Source of the DNA: Chrysomallon squamiferum
Lineage: Eukaryota; Animalia; Mollusca
NCBI GenBank assembly: GCA_012295275.1
Contig: CM022672.1
Location: 18,972,001 to 19,036,000 of the forward strand
Direction of reading: 5' to 3'
DNA length: 64,000 nt
In this document: positions 51,900 to 64,000 of the stretch, one piece after another
Layout of the letters: every line of letters begins with the position of its first letter
How positions within the stretch are numbered: position 1 is the stretch's first letter
The notes under the pieces: model-generated
Databases searched by the model: none
What the model was told of the DNA's origin: nothing
The model's input: the letters and a program-made list of their open reading frames with translations, nothing else
Made by a program: the position numbers and the translations under genes

Positions 51900-52830
51900 T
51901 TTAATTATTTTCAATAAACACTTCACAATCAATGACGTCCTGAAACGACAACGAAAGAACGCTTTCAGTTGTCTAACGCGGTGTTTCCGTAGACAGGAGG
52001 TACCATTTGAGAGAGAGAGAGAGAGAACAAAATTATTTAAAAAAAAATGAAATCATTTTGACAATACGTCGAGATACCTTGCGACTTTTCAGAGTCACAG
52101 TCCGCTTAGCTCGACTTTAAAGACCATTACACGAGGATATGTGAACAAATTTTTCATCTATTTATCGCTATCGCCGGCATCATTGAATTAGGAAGTGACA
52201 AGGATCATTAATTGTGAAATTACACCCAGTACTCCTTTTCAAACGGCGCAGCTTCAAAGGTTTCCGTCGACTTGGACGAATTATTCCCCTTTTTACTAAA
52301 ATTAATCTTCCCGGCAGTACGCCACTTTTCGACTCGTTGTTATCGTTTTGAAAACGACCGAACCGCGGCAGATCATACCCTCAATATTTATTATTCTAAT
52401 TTTCATAATTTTCTCCTCGATTTTCCGAGATAACGAGAGCCAGAATACAACGTCAGTAATTTAGCATCGTGGGGCAAACAATGACTGAGTTAAAGGGCAA
52501 CACAAGCAGCTTCAAGGGAGACCACTCGAAATGATAACATTATTATTATTTTTTTTCTTTCTTTCTCTCACTGCTTTGAGATCGCATCAGTAAATTCATA
52601 TTTTTATTTTTCATTTTTTTTTTTTTTTTTTTTTTTTTTTATTTCGAATAAAGAAATGGAAGTTGATATCTAAGTGAAACGAGCAATTTAAGCTTACCTG
52701 GCGAGATGAAAGCAACCGCCACTTACCTGGAGTCATATTCATCGTTCCGTGAAATGTACAATTTGCATCATCTAATCGTGTTAAATGAACTGTGAAATAG
52801 GAAATTAAACGTGAGTTGTAATTAGCTATT
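51900..52830. promoter_or_regulatory. Candidate downstream regulatory region / antisense exon region
   Basis: CpG-retaining, complex sequence with homeodomain cores and minus-strand splice signals. Confidence 0.35.
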
Positions 52831-54461
52831 GATTCTTTTCTTTGTCAAACATGATGAAAATAAATTAAGAAAAAAAAAAAAAAAAGAGAGAAAAACACCC
52901 GTATCAGCGTTTTAATTAAAAAATGTGCTGATTTGAAAAAAAAGCAACGGACGAATGACTTGTCTGTCTCAGTGTTGATGTGTGTGAGGGTGGGAGTGGG
53001 GGGTTAATGGTTATTTCTGATCTATATCTGCATTCACCTGCCTTGTAGAACTGATACTGCTGTTAGACATACATTTAATGTGACATGCAACTGTTATACG
53101 TCACAACAGTTATATCCGTAGAGGTTATAACTGTTATGACGTATAATGATCGTAGCTTCTTATACTTATTGTATCGGACACAACAAGAAACATATATCCA
53201 TTGTGATGCATATTTTTAATGTGCATACGTATGTAGGGAGATGTTCGGTTGTATGCTGTAGGTGTTTCTGATACAAATCTGCTTCGTACAATTTTTGCCT
53301 TTTCCTGTACGAGGCCAACATCTCTAGCAGATCAAAGGCAGGGACTTGAGCAACTATAATTTAATCATTCCCGAATCATTATTATACACTTCTATTTTAT
53401 TATGAGATATGTACACGCACAGACACACATATATATTATGTGTGATAGATATAGATAGATAGATAGATAGATTTTTAAATTACTTTGTCATTTTACTGTT
53501 TTCTATTTCTGTTTGTTATTTATGAGCAGAACTTTGACAGCTGTGTAGTACATTCAAGAGTTACCTATAAAATAATCATCAAAAGTAATCAAAATATAAA
53601 ACAGATCAATAACAATATATATTAATTTATTTCGAGAAATTCTGACATGTTAAGCGTATTTCGTATTAAACACAACGCTATTTAATTTTCTGCCACTAGG
53701 TACAGTTGTTTTTACATGAATAATAATATTTTTTAAAATATTTTTAACAGTATGATTATTCTAGAATTTTGAAGAGTGAAAAATTATCGTCACTTGAACA
53801 AGTAATAAATACAAAAGTGGGCTGGGAAACAAACTAAAATATAATTACCAAAATTTAAATATTCAATAATTTCCAAAAAGAATTAAAAAAATAAAAAATA
53901 AAAAAAAAAAAAAAAAAAAAAAATAAAAGGAAAAAGGAACTGACGTTGAATAAGTAAAAAAAAAATCGAAAAATATTTACATTGAAATTTTTAAAATGTA
54001 ATAAATATTAAATGAATAGTATTGTCAAGAAAAACTATTCATATTATAAGAAATATATTAAATAAATTTAATATCATACCACCAACATTTTACAATTTGT
54101 TTTTATAAAAATACTGAATACTGAATAATAATAAGAACAACAACAACAACAACAACAATAACAACAACAAGACGAAGAAGAACAAAACCAATTACAACAA
54201 CAACAACAATATAATAACTACAAGAATAGAAATGATGATGATAATATAATAATAACCACAACAACAACAACAACAATAATGAAGATGATCTAAAAAGAAT
54301 GGTGGAAAAACACTAAACACATGTTAAAAATATATATTAATGACTTCTGTAAAAGATTTTCTTCTTTTCTTTTTATCTCAGTATACAAACAAATTTACAA
54401 TAAATTTATAAAACAAACTAAACAAACTAAAATATGAATACCAAAATTTAAATATTCAATT

Positions 54462-54530
<69 letters not shown>

Positions 54531-56021
54531 TTATTTATATATATTTTTTTTTTTTTTGCTCATTATTTATTTGTTTATTTTTCTAAGTTACATTTGTTTT
54601 TGTTTGTTTTTACACCTAAATGCAAGCAAATTAATGTTAAAATAACAGTTATTCTAAATTTAATATGGAAATTAAAAGTTTAGTTGGTCTGCAAATCTAA
54701 ATATTTTAAGGGCATTAAGAAATAATTTCAAATTTTATGACACTATATTTATTATTGTAAAAAAAAAAAAAAAATTCTACACTTAATCGGTAAACTCTTC
54801 ATTCACACTACTGATAATAAACTTTTAATAGTCCAAAACATTTAAAACAAAACATCTAAAAACTTTAAAAGTATTTGCAATTATAATTATTATGCATAGA
54901 AAATAGAAAATTTTATTTCTAATTGTAATTATAATTATTATACTTAGAAAACATTTAGGCTAGGCAACTGAAGAACTGCTGATGATGTTATTGTCATTCA
55001 TGAATTAAACATTTAAAAGCTTTAGAAATAATTTCATGTGAACTTACAATATCAGTACTGTACAGAATGGCAAAGTTATTTATGAACATTGAAACTGTTT
55101 AAAATTAAAGTCATGGAGACATACAATAAAAATGTTTTTACAGACAAACAAACATCCAACAAATAATTAGTGTGAGAAAAACAAATGAAAACATTAAAAC
55201 GTTTAAATGTAAGTACTGGATATGAAAACAAAAGATATTTATAAACATTAAACACTTTAGAAATCGAATTTCAAATTGAAATATCGGTATTGTTTTGATA
55301 TATTATTCTTTGAAAATTATTTCGAAATGAACATGAAAAATAGGAAATACTTTAACACTGAAAAACAATTACAACTGAATTCGTGATACTATTTTTCTTA
55401 GTATTGATCTAAATATATGTTTATTCGTTAGTTGATATGTTAAGTAATACATTAATTACTAAAAATCATTTATAATTTAAATATATTTGTCATTTTTTTA
55501 AATTTGAAACTGCTCAGAATATATTAATACCATATGGCTTCGATGCATGTAGTATCATTTTATGAATGTTGTTGTTGTTACTGTTTGTTGAAATTTGTTT
55601 TTTCTTTCGACGTAATTGTTCAGTAATTGAACTATTTATCGTTTGTTTAAATGTGGCTGTGACAGTAGCAAAGTCAAACTTGCACACATTAACAGATACG
55701 TTATACAAACAAAGATACGTACATGTATATAAGATACACATGTACAAATATAGGCTGGTATACAGAATGAAAAATATGTCAAATTATTTGAACTCAAATA
55801 CATATATACACACATACCCCCCCATCCATCCACATATACATACATACATGCATACATATACATACATACATACATACATACATACATACATACATACATA
55901 CAACAACAAAAATGAATAATAAATAAATAAACAAATATACATATATTTTAAAAACAGAAATGCATAAACATATCTATAAAAAATGAATAAATAAATAACC
56001 ACTAACAAGATAAAAGCTATA

Positions 56022-56065
<44 letters not shown>

Positions 56066-58116
56066 TAACAATAACAATAATAATAATAATAATAATAATC
56101 ATCATCATCATCATAACAACAACAACAATAATAATAATAACTATTTTGTTAATAAGACTAAACAAAAGGGGCGGCAGATGAAATAGTGGAAATTAATTAT
56201 TAAATTAGCAATTCCATAGTAATTAGAACAATGATGAATAATACAAAATTTATTTTTTTCGAAAAAAATGTAAAATAAATAAATAAATACATATATCTAC
56301 AAGAACAACAAAAACAATGACAATAACCGTACTAAAAATAATAACAATTATTACTAATTCTACAACGACAACTACTATTTCTGTACTACCACTGCCACGA
56401 CTACTAGGTACTATAGCTGTTATTATTACTATACTATTACAAAATACTACTACTACTACAACATTAACTACAACTGCAACGACTATTACGATGACCACTA
56501 CTACTATGTACTACTACTGCTACTACTATTATTACAACTACATCCACTACTACCTTTACTATTTGAGCTAATACTATTTGTACTACAACTGCTATTATTA
56601 TTACTACTACTACTACTACTACTACCACGACGACATCAACCACTATTCATTTCTACGTCTACCACTACAAATAAAACTGATCAACATACCATCAATTTTA
56701 ACCGCAAAATCATAGAAAAAAAAAAAAAATAATAATAAAAAAAAAAAAAAAAAAAATAATAATAATAATAATCATAATAATAATAAAATCAGGAGAAAAA
56801 CCCAGAAACCGTTCTAGGATGGTGTTTATGGAAATTTAAACATCACGTCACTGAACGACCTTTTTCTAGAAACATTTCCTGGATTTTTCCAGGATTGTAT
56901 GATTTTTACGTCAACGTTCTGCACTTCGTAGCAGTTCACAAACTGTGTATTATTTGCATTATTCAATAGACAAAAGGACAAGGTGCCATACGTTTAAATA
57001 TTAATGACATTCTCATAAATTCGAGCAGAATACAGGTGTGAAATACAAAAGCATATTCGCCATTTGCTGTTCAAATTAAAAAAATTCGATAGAACGAATG
57101 GGAGTTGAAATATTAAAAAAGATAAAAACATTTTATTATCGGTTAATAAAATATCGTCACCTTGCACAGACATGACATAGTTTTTAATACTCTAATGTTA
57201 GTTAATTAGCAATTTGTGCTTTTCATGATGTTTCAGAAAGAATTTAAAAAAAATCATCTGCACTTTTTAATTTATTTATTTATTTATTTTATTCATTTAT
57301 TTGTTTATTTATTTGTTTGTTTGTTTATGTGTTTGTTTGTTTATTTATTTATTTATTTATTTGTTTGTTTATTTTATTTTATTTTATTTTATTTTACTTT
57401 ATTTTATTTATTTATTTATCTATTTACTAACGTAGTTCCTTACTTACTGAATTTCATTTTATTTTATTTTATTTTATTTTATAATATATATATATATATT
57501 TTATTATTATTTACTTTTATTTACCTATTTACTTACTTGTTTTATTTTATTTTATTTTTACAGACGTTAATGCAGTAAAACAGACGTATGTTATAAGCCA
57601 TAAAACAAAACAGATATGAAGAAAAAGTTAACCTTCATTCCGATCTGGCTGCAGTTTAAAATATTCAGTTGATTAATGGCCAGAATGGTTTTTCTTTAAT
57701 TTGCAGCAACTGAAATAAAAAAACATGTAATAGAAACGCGTAAACTATAACAACTACAACATCCATCTTAACTACTGCTACCACTGTTAAAAGAGAGTAA
57801 GAATAATATATGTATTCCAATTGTTTTTTTTTTTTTTTTTTTTTGTTACTACTTTTAGAGTTTTGGTCTTACAAATAAAATGAAAAAAACAAAAAAAAAA
57901 AGAGCCAGAAATTCTTAATGTAAATGTACATATAGATCAACGCGAACAAAAACAAACAGATCAACAGTAATAAATAAAGAAATAAAAGAATGACTGCTCA
58001 ACATTTCAGCACGATTTTCTCTTTTAATAAAAGTGGAAACCCTCTCATGCCATTCAGAGCGCTATAGTTAACGATAAGCAGCAAGCAATCTTATATATAT
58101 ATATATAGACGTAATT

Positions 58117-58150
<34 letters not shown>

Positions 58151-59231
58151 ATGTACGCACACACACAGGAAAGTAGACAACGCAGCCATGGAGTGGAACA
58201 GGAAATAGAGATTTGAGGGGAAAGTAAGAGTAAATAGCAAAATAATACATTTTTATCTATAACTTACAGTCTTTTATTATTATTATTTTTATTATTATTG
58301 TTGTTGTTGTTGTTGTTGATGTTGTTTTAGTTTCAGTTTTTATTGCTATTGTACAATTATTATTATTAACTGTTTGTTGATATTGTTATTATTAATGTTT
58401 TATTTATTTATTTATTTATTTATTTATACTTTCTAATTATCATCGTTTCGTCGTTATTACTGAAAAATAACAACAGCAAAAAAAAAAAAAAAAAATAATA
58501 ATAATAATAAAAAAATAAATAAAACAAACTCATACTCGTGAACCCAAATTAACTAGATACATTATATGAAAATCAGAAAGGTCTGCATCGTTAAACAGAA
58601 AAATGTAATCGACTTCATATTCGTTTGAGCCTCCAGAGAGAATTGCCAGATCATGTAGAAGCAGGTTGATATAGTCTGACGTGCTACAAGAATAATATAT
58701 TGATTGCCATTGTGAAAGTGTCTATACTATTTTGACAACAGAGTTGTTTATGAATCATTATACTTTATGACACTGAAACGAACGAGAAGGAAAGACAAAA
58801 AAAAGAAGAAGAAAAAATAAGAATTTTTTTTTTGAATTTTTTTGTTGTTGCTCTTTTCTGTGTGTGTTTTGGTTCTTTTTTTTAGGTTTTTTTTTTATCT
58901 GTGGGAATGAGAAACTATTCTTAGAATTTTTTTTTTTTTTAATGTGTTGATGTGTTTTCTTGGTATGTCTGTCTTTGTGTTTGTTAATGTGTTTGTGTCT
59001 GTGAATTTGTGTGTATGTAGCTGTTGGTATTTGAAAGTTTCCATATTAACGATTCCATTGTGGTTTGCATGAAGTTTCAGTTTAAATGTATTATTATTGT
59101 TGTTGCTGTTTTTGTTGTTGTTGTTATTAATATTAATATTATTATTATGTTGTTGTTTATTTATAAATTTAGTTTCATCACCATCAATTATTATGATGAT
59201 GTGAGTATTTTTATTATTATTATGACACAAA

Positions 59232-59418
59232 CTTCATCACCATCAATATCTTTATCTTTTCTTCTTATTTGATGATGATAAATTTAGTATCTTACAATAA
59301 ATGAAAATGTACCTTCATCACCATCAATATCTTTATCTTCTTCTTCTTATGATGATGATGATGATGATGATTATTATTATTATTATGACTCAGTATCTTA
59401 CAATAAATGAAAATGTAC
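59232..59418. repeat. Tandem duplication with internal (GAT)n/(ATT)n expansion in the second copy
   Basis: cttcatcaccatcaatatctttatctt...agtatcttacaataaatgaaaatgtac occurs twice. Confidence 0.85.
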
Positions 59419-60009
59419 TAACAGTATTAATTATCTTTTCTTCGTGTTCTTTATTCTGTTAATTTTATTGCTATTTTTAGGTTTCCGCCCAGTTGATGCA
59501 CTCCGAAGACAAACAAATTAATTATTTATTTATATTATTCACGATATTCTCTATAAAATAAAGGAAATAAAATTTTATTCAAAGTGACAAAATAAAAAAA
59601 TAATTTCTAAACAATAAAATAAATAAAACTACTAATAAAAATAAACTTAAAAAAAAAAAAAAAAAAATTAAATGAAAGAAAAAAAATGAATAGAAGAAAA
59701 AAATGATTGAAAGAAAAAAACACGAGTGAAAGAAATAAAAAATTAAAAAACAAAAATGAGTGAAAGAAACAGATAAATAACAATTTTTATTATTTCATTT
59801 GCATTGCTCATATACTAAAGAAAATATTTAAAAATTAGAAAATTAGAGAATTAAAATAACATATATAGAAAAACGTTGACAAGGTGAAATTAAACATTTG
59901 TTATTTATACTTTGCACTGGGCTGAACTTGTACTAGGCAGGTGGAACCAGAAAAATTATCTTTATGAGAGGGTGCAGAACACTGTTACAAGAATTAAAAC
60001 GACATAAAT

Positions 60010-60040
<31 letters not shown>

Positions 60041-60096
60041 CACACACAAATACATATACACATACATATACACATGGATATATAAATACACATGAG

Positions 60097-60181
60097 GTTG
60101 TTTTGATGGCCGAACGGTAACGTTGTCTGCGCCTAGGCTGCAAGAGAATGGGTGCCACACGTTCGAGTCTCGTCAGCGGCA
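60097..60181 (+). pseudogene. tRNA-Leu-like remnant (tRNA pseudogene or tRNA-derived SINE head)
   Basis: A-box TGGCCGAACGG (60107-60117), B-box GTTCGAGTC (60161-60169) at class-II tRNA spacing; anticodon-like arm CTGCG-CCTAGGC-TGCAA (TAG). Acceptor and T stems are degraded. Confidence 0.5.
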
Positions 60182-60358
60182 TCTGACGGGTTTGTGAGGT
60201 CCTGATTGGACTTTGTCCTCCTGCGCCAGTGTGTTCCTGAAAATTGTCTATGAGCAGAGACATTCATAAGACAGAGAATATTAAAAATCCTAAAATTCTT
60301 GATCTTTTGAATTTTTCTTTTTTTTCTTTTTATGACTCGATATGTCTTTTAATTTAAA

Positions 60359-60457
<99 letters not shown>

Positions 60458-60539
60458 TTCTCTCTGTTCTTTCCCTCCTCACATCACTTCAGATAATAAT
60501 AATAATAAACATAAAAAAAATTCCCATTTCTCCCTCTAT

Positions 60540-60997
60540 TTGGAATTCGCATGTCGATCAGTTACTTCCCCTGTGTCTATTCACTGCACGTGGCGTTGCG
60601 AGTAATAATTAATAGCCTCTCGATTATTCAGCCCGGGAGCGTCAGGGAAATTAACAAGTCAGTTGTCGATTTCTGAAATCAATCACGCAAGATGAAGATA
60701 CGGTCACTGTGATGTCAATTACGATATTTACTGCAAAATAATCGTGTCCAATTTAGCCAATTATTTCAATCCTCTGGCCGCGCTACATAAAATATCAGCA
60801 GCCGCTCGAATGTTATCAAAATTCTGTCAATTAGATCGTTGCGTGTTGCTAATAATCGCAGATCGGTAAACCGTCCGTCAAATAGACGATTTAAAGAAGG
60901 GGACGAACAGAAAAATATGGTCTCCGAAGGTCAGGGGCCGCAACTCCTTAAGTTTAAAAATTACGCCTGCGGGATGTATTGATACTGCTCAATTGAT

Positions 60998-61041
<44 letters not shown>

Positions 61042-61720
61042 ACCTACTCTTTGTTTTAATGGAAAGCAATCGAATGCAAATATCGCTTCATTATTTCAAT
61101 AAAAGCGAGATAGCCCGAAATGAAACAAGCCGTTGGCGAATGAAAGTAAAAACCGACTCGAGTCGAACAAAAGGTTGGGCGAAGAATCTCTGATAACAAT
61201 GATTTCTCCCCCTCGCTCTGCTAACACTAACGCCGGGCGTCGTTTGGGGTTTGTTATCTCGTCGAGTCGCGCAAGATTTTTTTTTTTTTCGAATGAATAG
61301 CAGCGCGCACAAAGATGCCGAAAACTCGCGTCTTTCTGCGGATATTAATAAAAGATTGCTACGGAGAAGATGAGATGGTAATCGCGATTCGAGCGACGAA
61401 AATAATTTTCTCTTCTTGAATACCATCGGCCGCTACTCGACGCTCCTTGTCGTTTGAGGCAATATTAAATACGGCATTTATCAAATAAAAGCGCGATAAG
61501 CGACCGCCCGATAAAGCAAGAAAACCTATTACATCGTTTTCAGGAAATTATTTTCTACATCGTGTTAATGGTTTCGGTTTTCACATTTAGATTCGGGAAC
61601 CGACGGGGGCCAAAGACGTGGACGCCAACAACGAATGACTTGTATCTTTTTTTGTCGAGATAACTCGAAGCTATCTCGCTGCTAGTGAGAACCAGACCTA
61701 GACAGCAACGAGCATTAAGA
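60540..61720. promoter_or_regulatory. Large CpG-rich candidate cis-regulatory region
   Basis: One of the most CpG-rich non-coding stretches in the window, with repeated TGTCAATTA / CCAATTA and GATAA cores; no credible ORF. Confidence 0.45.
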
Positions 61721-61801
61721 AGATATGGGGGTTAAAAAAAAAAAAAAAAAAATAAAAAAAAAAAAGGAAAGAAGTAGTAGATGGCGAAGACTACCGATTG
61801 A

Positions 61802-61840
<39 letters not shown>

Positions 61841-62097
61841 ATATGACGTCATCATCATTATTGTTGACGTCATCGTCTTCATCGCTATCAGTATTGCTGT
61901 CATCGATGCCTTCGTTATCAACATATTATCATCGTCGTCGTTGATTATTGTAATTATTATTGTTACTGTTGTTATTGTTTTGGTTGTTAATAAAATAAAT
62001 AAATAATAAAAATAATGATTACGTATAATTATGTGATTGAAATACGCCCCCAACACACACACACACACACACACACAGACATACATGCATACAGTGA

Positions 62098-62176
<79 letters not shown>

Positions 62177-62727
62177 AACAGTCGAAATAAGCATATATTA
62201 AAGTTATTTCAGTGTTTAATAAAGTAATAAAAATAAGCCGAAAAACCAAACCTCGATGTTCTCCCAAAGCCATCTGTTTTTTGTAATAATATCTAACTTC
62301 GTAGACTTCGTAAATTTACAGAGATAGGCAGATAGACAAAAAGAACCAAAAACAGTCTCAGAATAATTTGTTTCAGATTTTTAAAAGTCTTTTGCATATT
62401 ATATCAGAAGAAAAATATATATGAAAGCAATATTTCATTTTTATTATTATTAGGTTTTGAAACTTAAATGTGCATAAATAAATTTAATTTATTTTCATTT
62501 ATCTATGTGCATTTCAGTTATCACCAATCCTCATTCCAGAAATGCACAGATATAAGAACATTCAAGGAACTCTACGATGAATGCGGTGTATGGCTATGGC
62601 GTGCTTTCTGTAACTGAATAATAAATTAACCGAAAAGGCATCCATTTTTTTCCCCCCAGATAACGCTTAGAGTAAAGTCTATATTAAAACTATTCTCGTT
62701 TAAACCAAATAGATTACGATCTATCTG

Positions 62728-62903
<176 letters not shown>

Positions 62904-64000
62904 TCTGACGTTCTCGTTTTACTACGGTAAACACTGCAACAAAGTTCATAAAATAATATAATAATCTCAACCACACCCAGTAGTAAAATTGCTGCTGTTT
63001 TATTTTATTATAAAACTTATTATACGGTATCAGCAAAACTGAAAAGCTGTCAAATAAAAAAGTGGGGAGTTACCAAAAACGTTCGACCTCTGTCACCAGC
63101 AACTACTATTCGGGAGCACGATAATTAATATTTATAGCTCGTTTTCAGCTCATTAAAATAAAATAAACTGAAGCTTTCGTTTTAAAATTGAAACCCGATA
63201 CCGAAATTGTTGGCTTGGCAATCCTATTTGTTAAAATTTGTCATGTTAATTATTGCTGCCAGTGTAGCTGTTGCTGAGTTTGTAGTTCTTTGCGGTGATT
63301 TACAGAGCCCGAGTCTCTATTATCCTGACCCCTCGGTCTCGAGACGTGTACCGCGTTTCACGAGAAGTAGCGAAACCCGCCCATTTCAGTCGTTAGAAGT
63401 TAATTGAAGGTATTCATACAAAGTGCTTCCAGGTGGTGCCACTGAAATTAGGATGAAGTGGAGGCTAAAATACAGCCCGAGTTAATCCCAACAAACAGAA
63501 GACGATTTCAGACTCACAAATAATGTGTCGGCAGTGTCACCGTGTACATCATGGAATCGTCTTTCTCAGAAAAGACTGAAAAAAAAAAAATAATCACCAG
63601 TCTTGAAAATATTTCGTATGGCTGTCTGTTTTTGTTTGTTTGTCGATTTGTCTGTCTCTATGAACGTATGGGTGTCTATTAGTCTCTGTTCTATGAGTGT
63701 TTGTTTTTGTTTTGTGACTGTGTCTGTCTGTATGTATTTCCACTCACTGAATGAGTGTGCGTCTGTTGTACGAATATGTATTTATATGTTTGTGTCTGTG
63801 TTGTGTTTTACTGTATGTTTCTGTATTTTACTGTATGTTTTACTGTAATGAGTGTGTGACTGACTACATGTATATATGTTTGTTCTCTGAATGAGTATCT
63901 GTGTGTGTGTGAGGCTTTTCATTAAATATGTGTTTCTCTCTGTATGTTTTACCTTGCCTTTCTCAACTTTGTTTTTCTTTTTTCCCTCTTTCTTTATTTT

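Noticed and set aside
52692-52730. Similarity of CTTACCTGG to the 5' end of U1 snRNA
   Set aside because: Match is limited to about 10 nt with no U1 stem-loops or Sm site; it is simply the complement of a splice donor.

Overview
AT-rich, microsatellite-dense animal genomic DNA (inferred lophotrochozoan, probably a mollusc; the species cannot be fixed from sequence). Two protein-coding genes are well supported and are divergently transcribed about 28.5 kb apart. (1) A complete 7-exon mitochondrial serine protease HtrA2/Omi gene on the minus strand (CDS 8535->4783, 427 aa). All introns are GT-AG and phase-consistent, the catalytic GNSGG motif sits on a 33-nt micro-exon missed by the ORF track, and there is an AVPV IAP-binding-type motif. 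(2) A complete 2-exon Msx (NK-class homeobox) gene on the plus strand (CDS 37076-37538 + 49339-49769, 297 aa, 11.8-kb intron, two eh1-like motifs). The rest is a gene-poor region in which CpG-retaining, motif-rich islands (candidate Msx enhancers) alternate with simple repeats. It also holds a 5-copy ~145-bp tandem array, a hAT-type MITE and a tRNA-Leu-like Pol III remnant. The most notable observations are the HtrA-NK homeobox linkage, a candidate antisense spliced exon downstream of Msx, and several enhancer-like motif clusters. Nearly all other ORFs in the track are simple-repeat artefacts. I found no prokaryote-type system and cannot claim a confirmed novel system.
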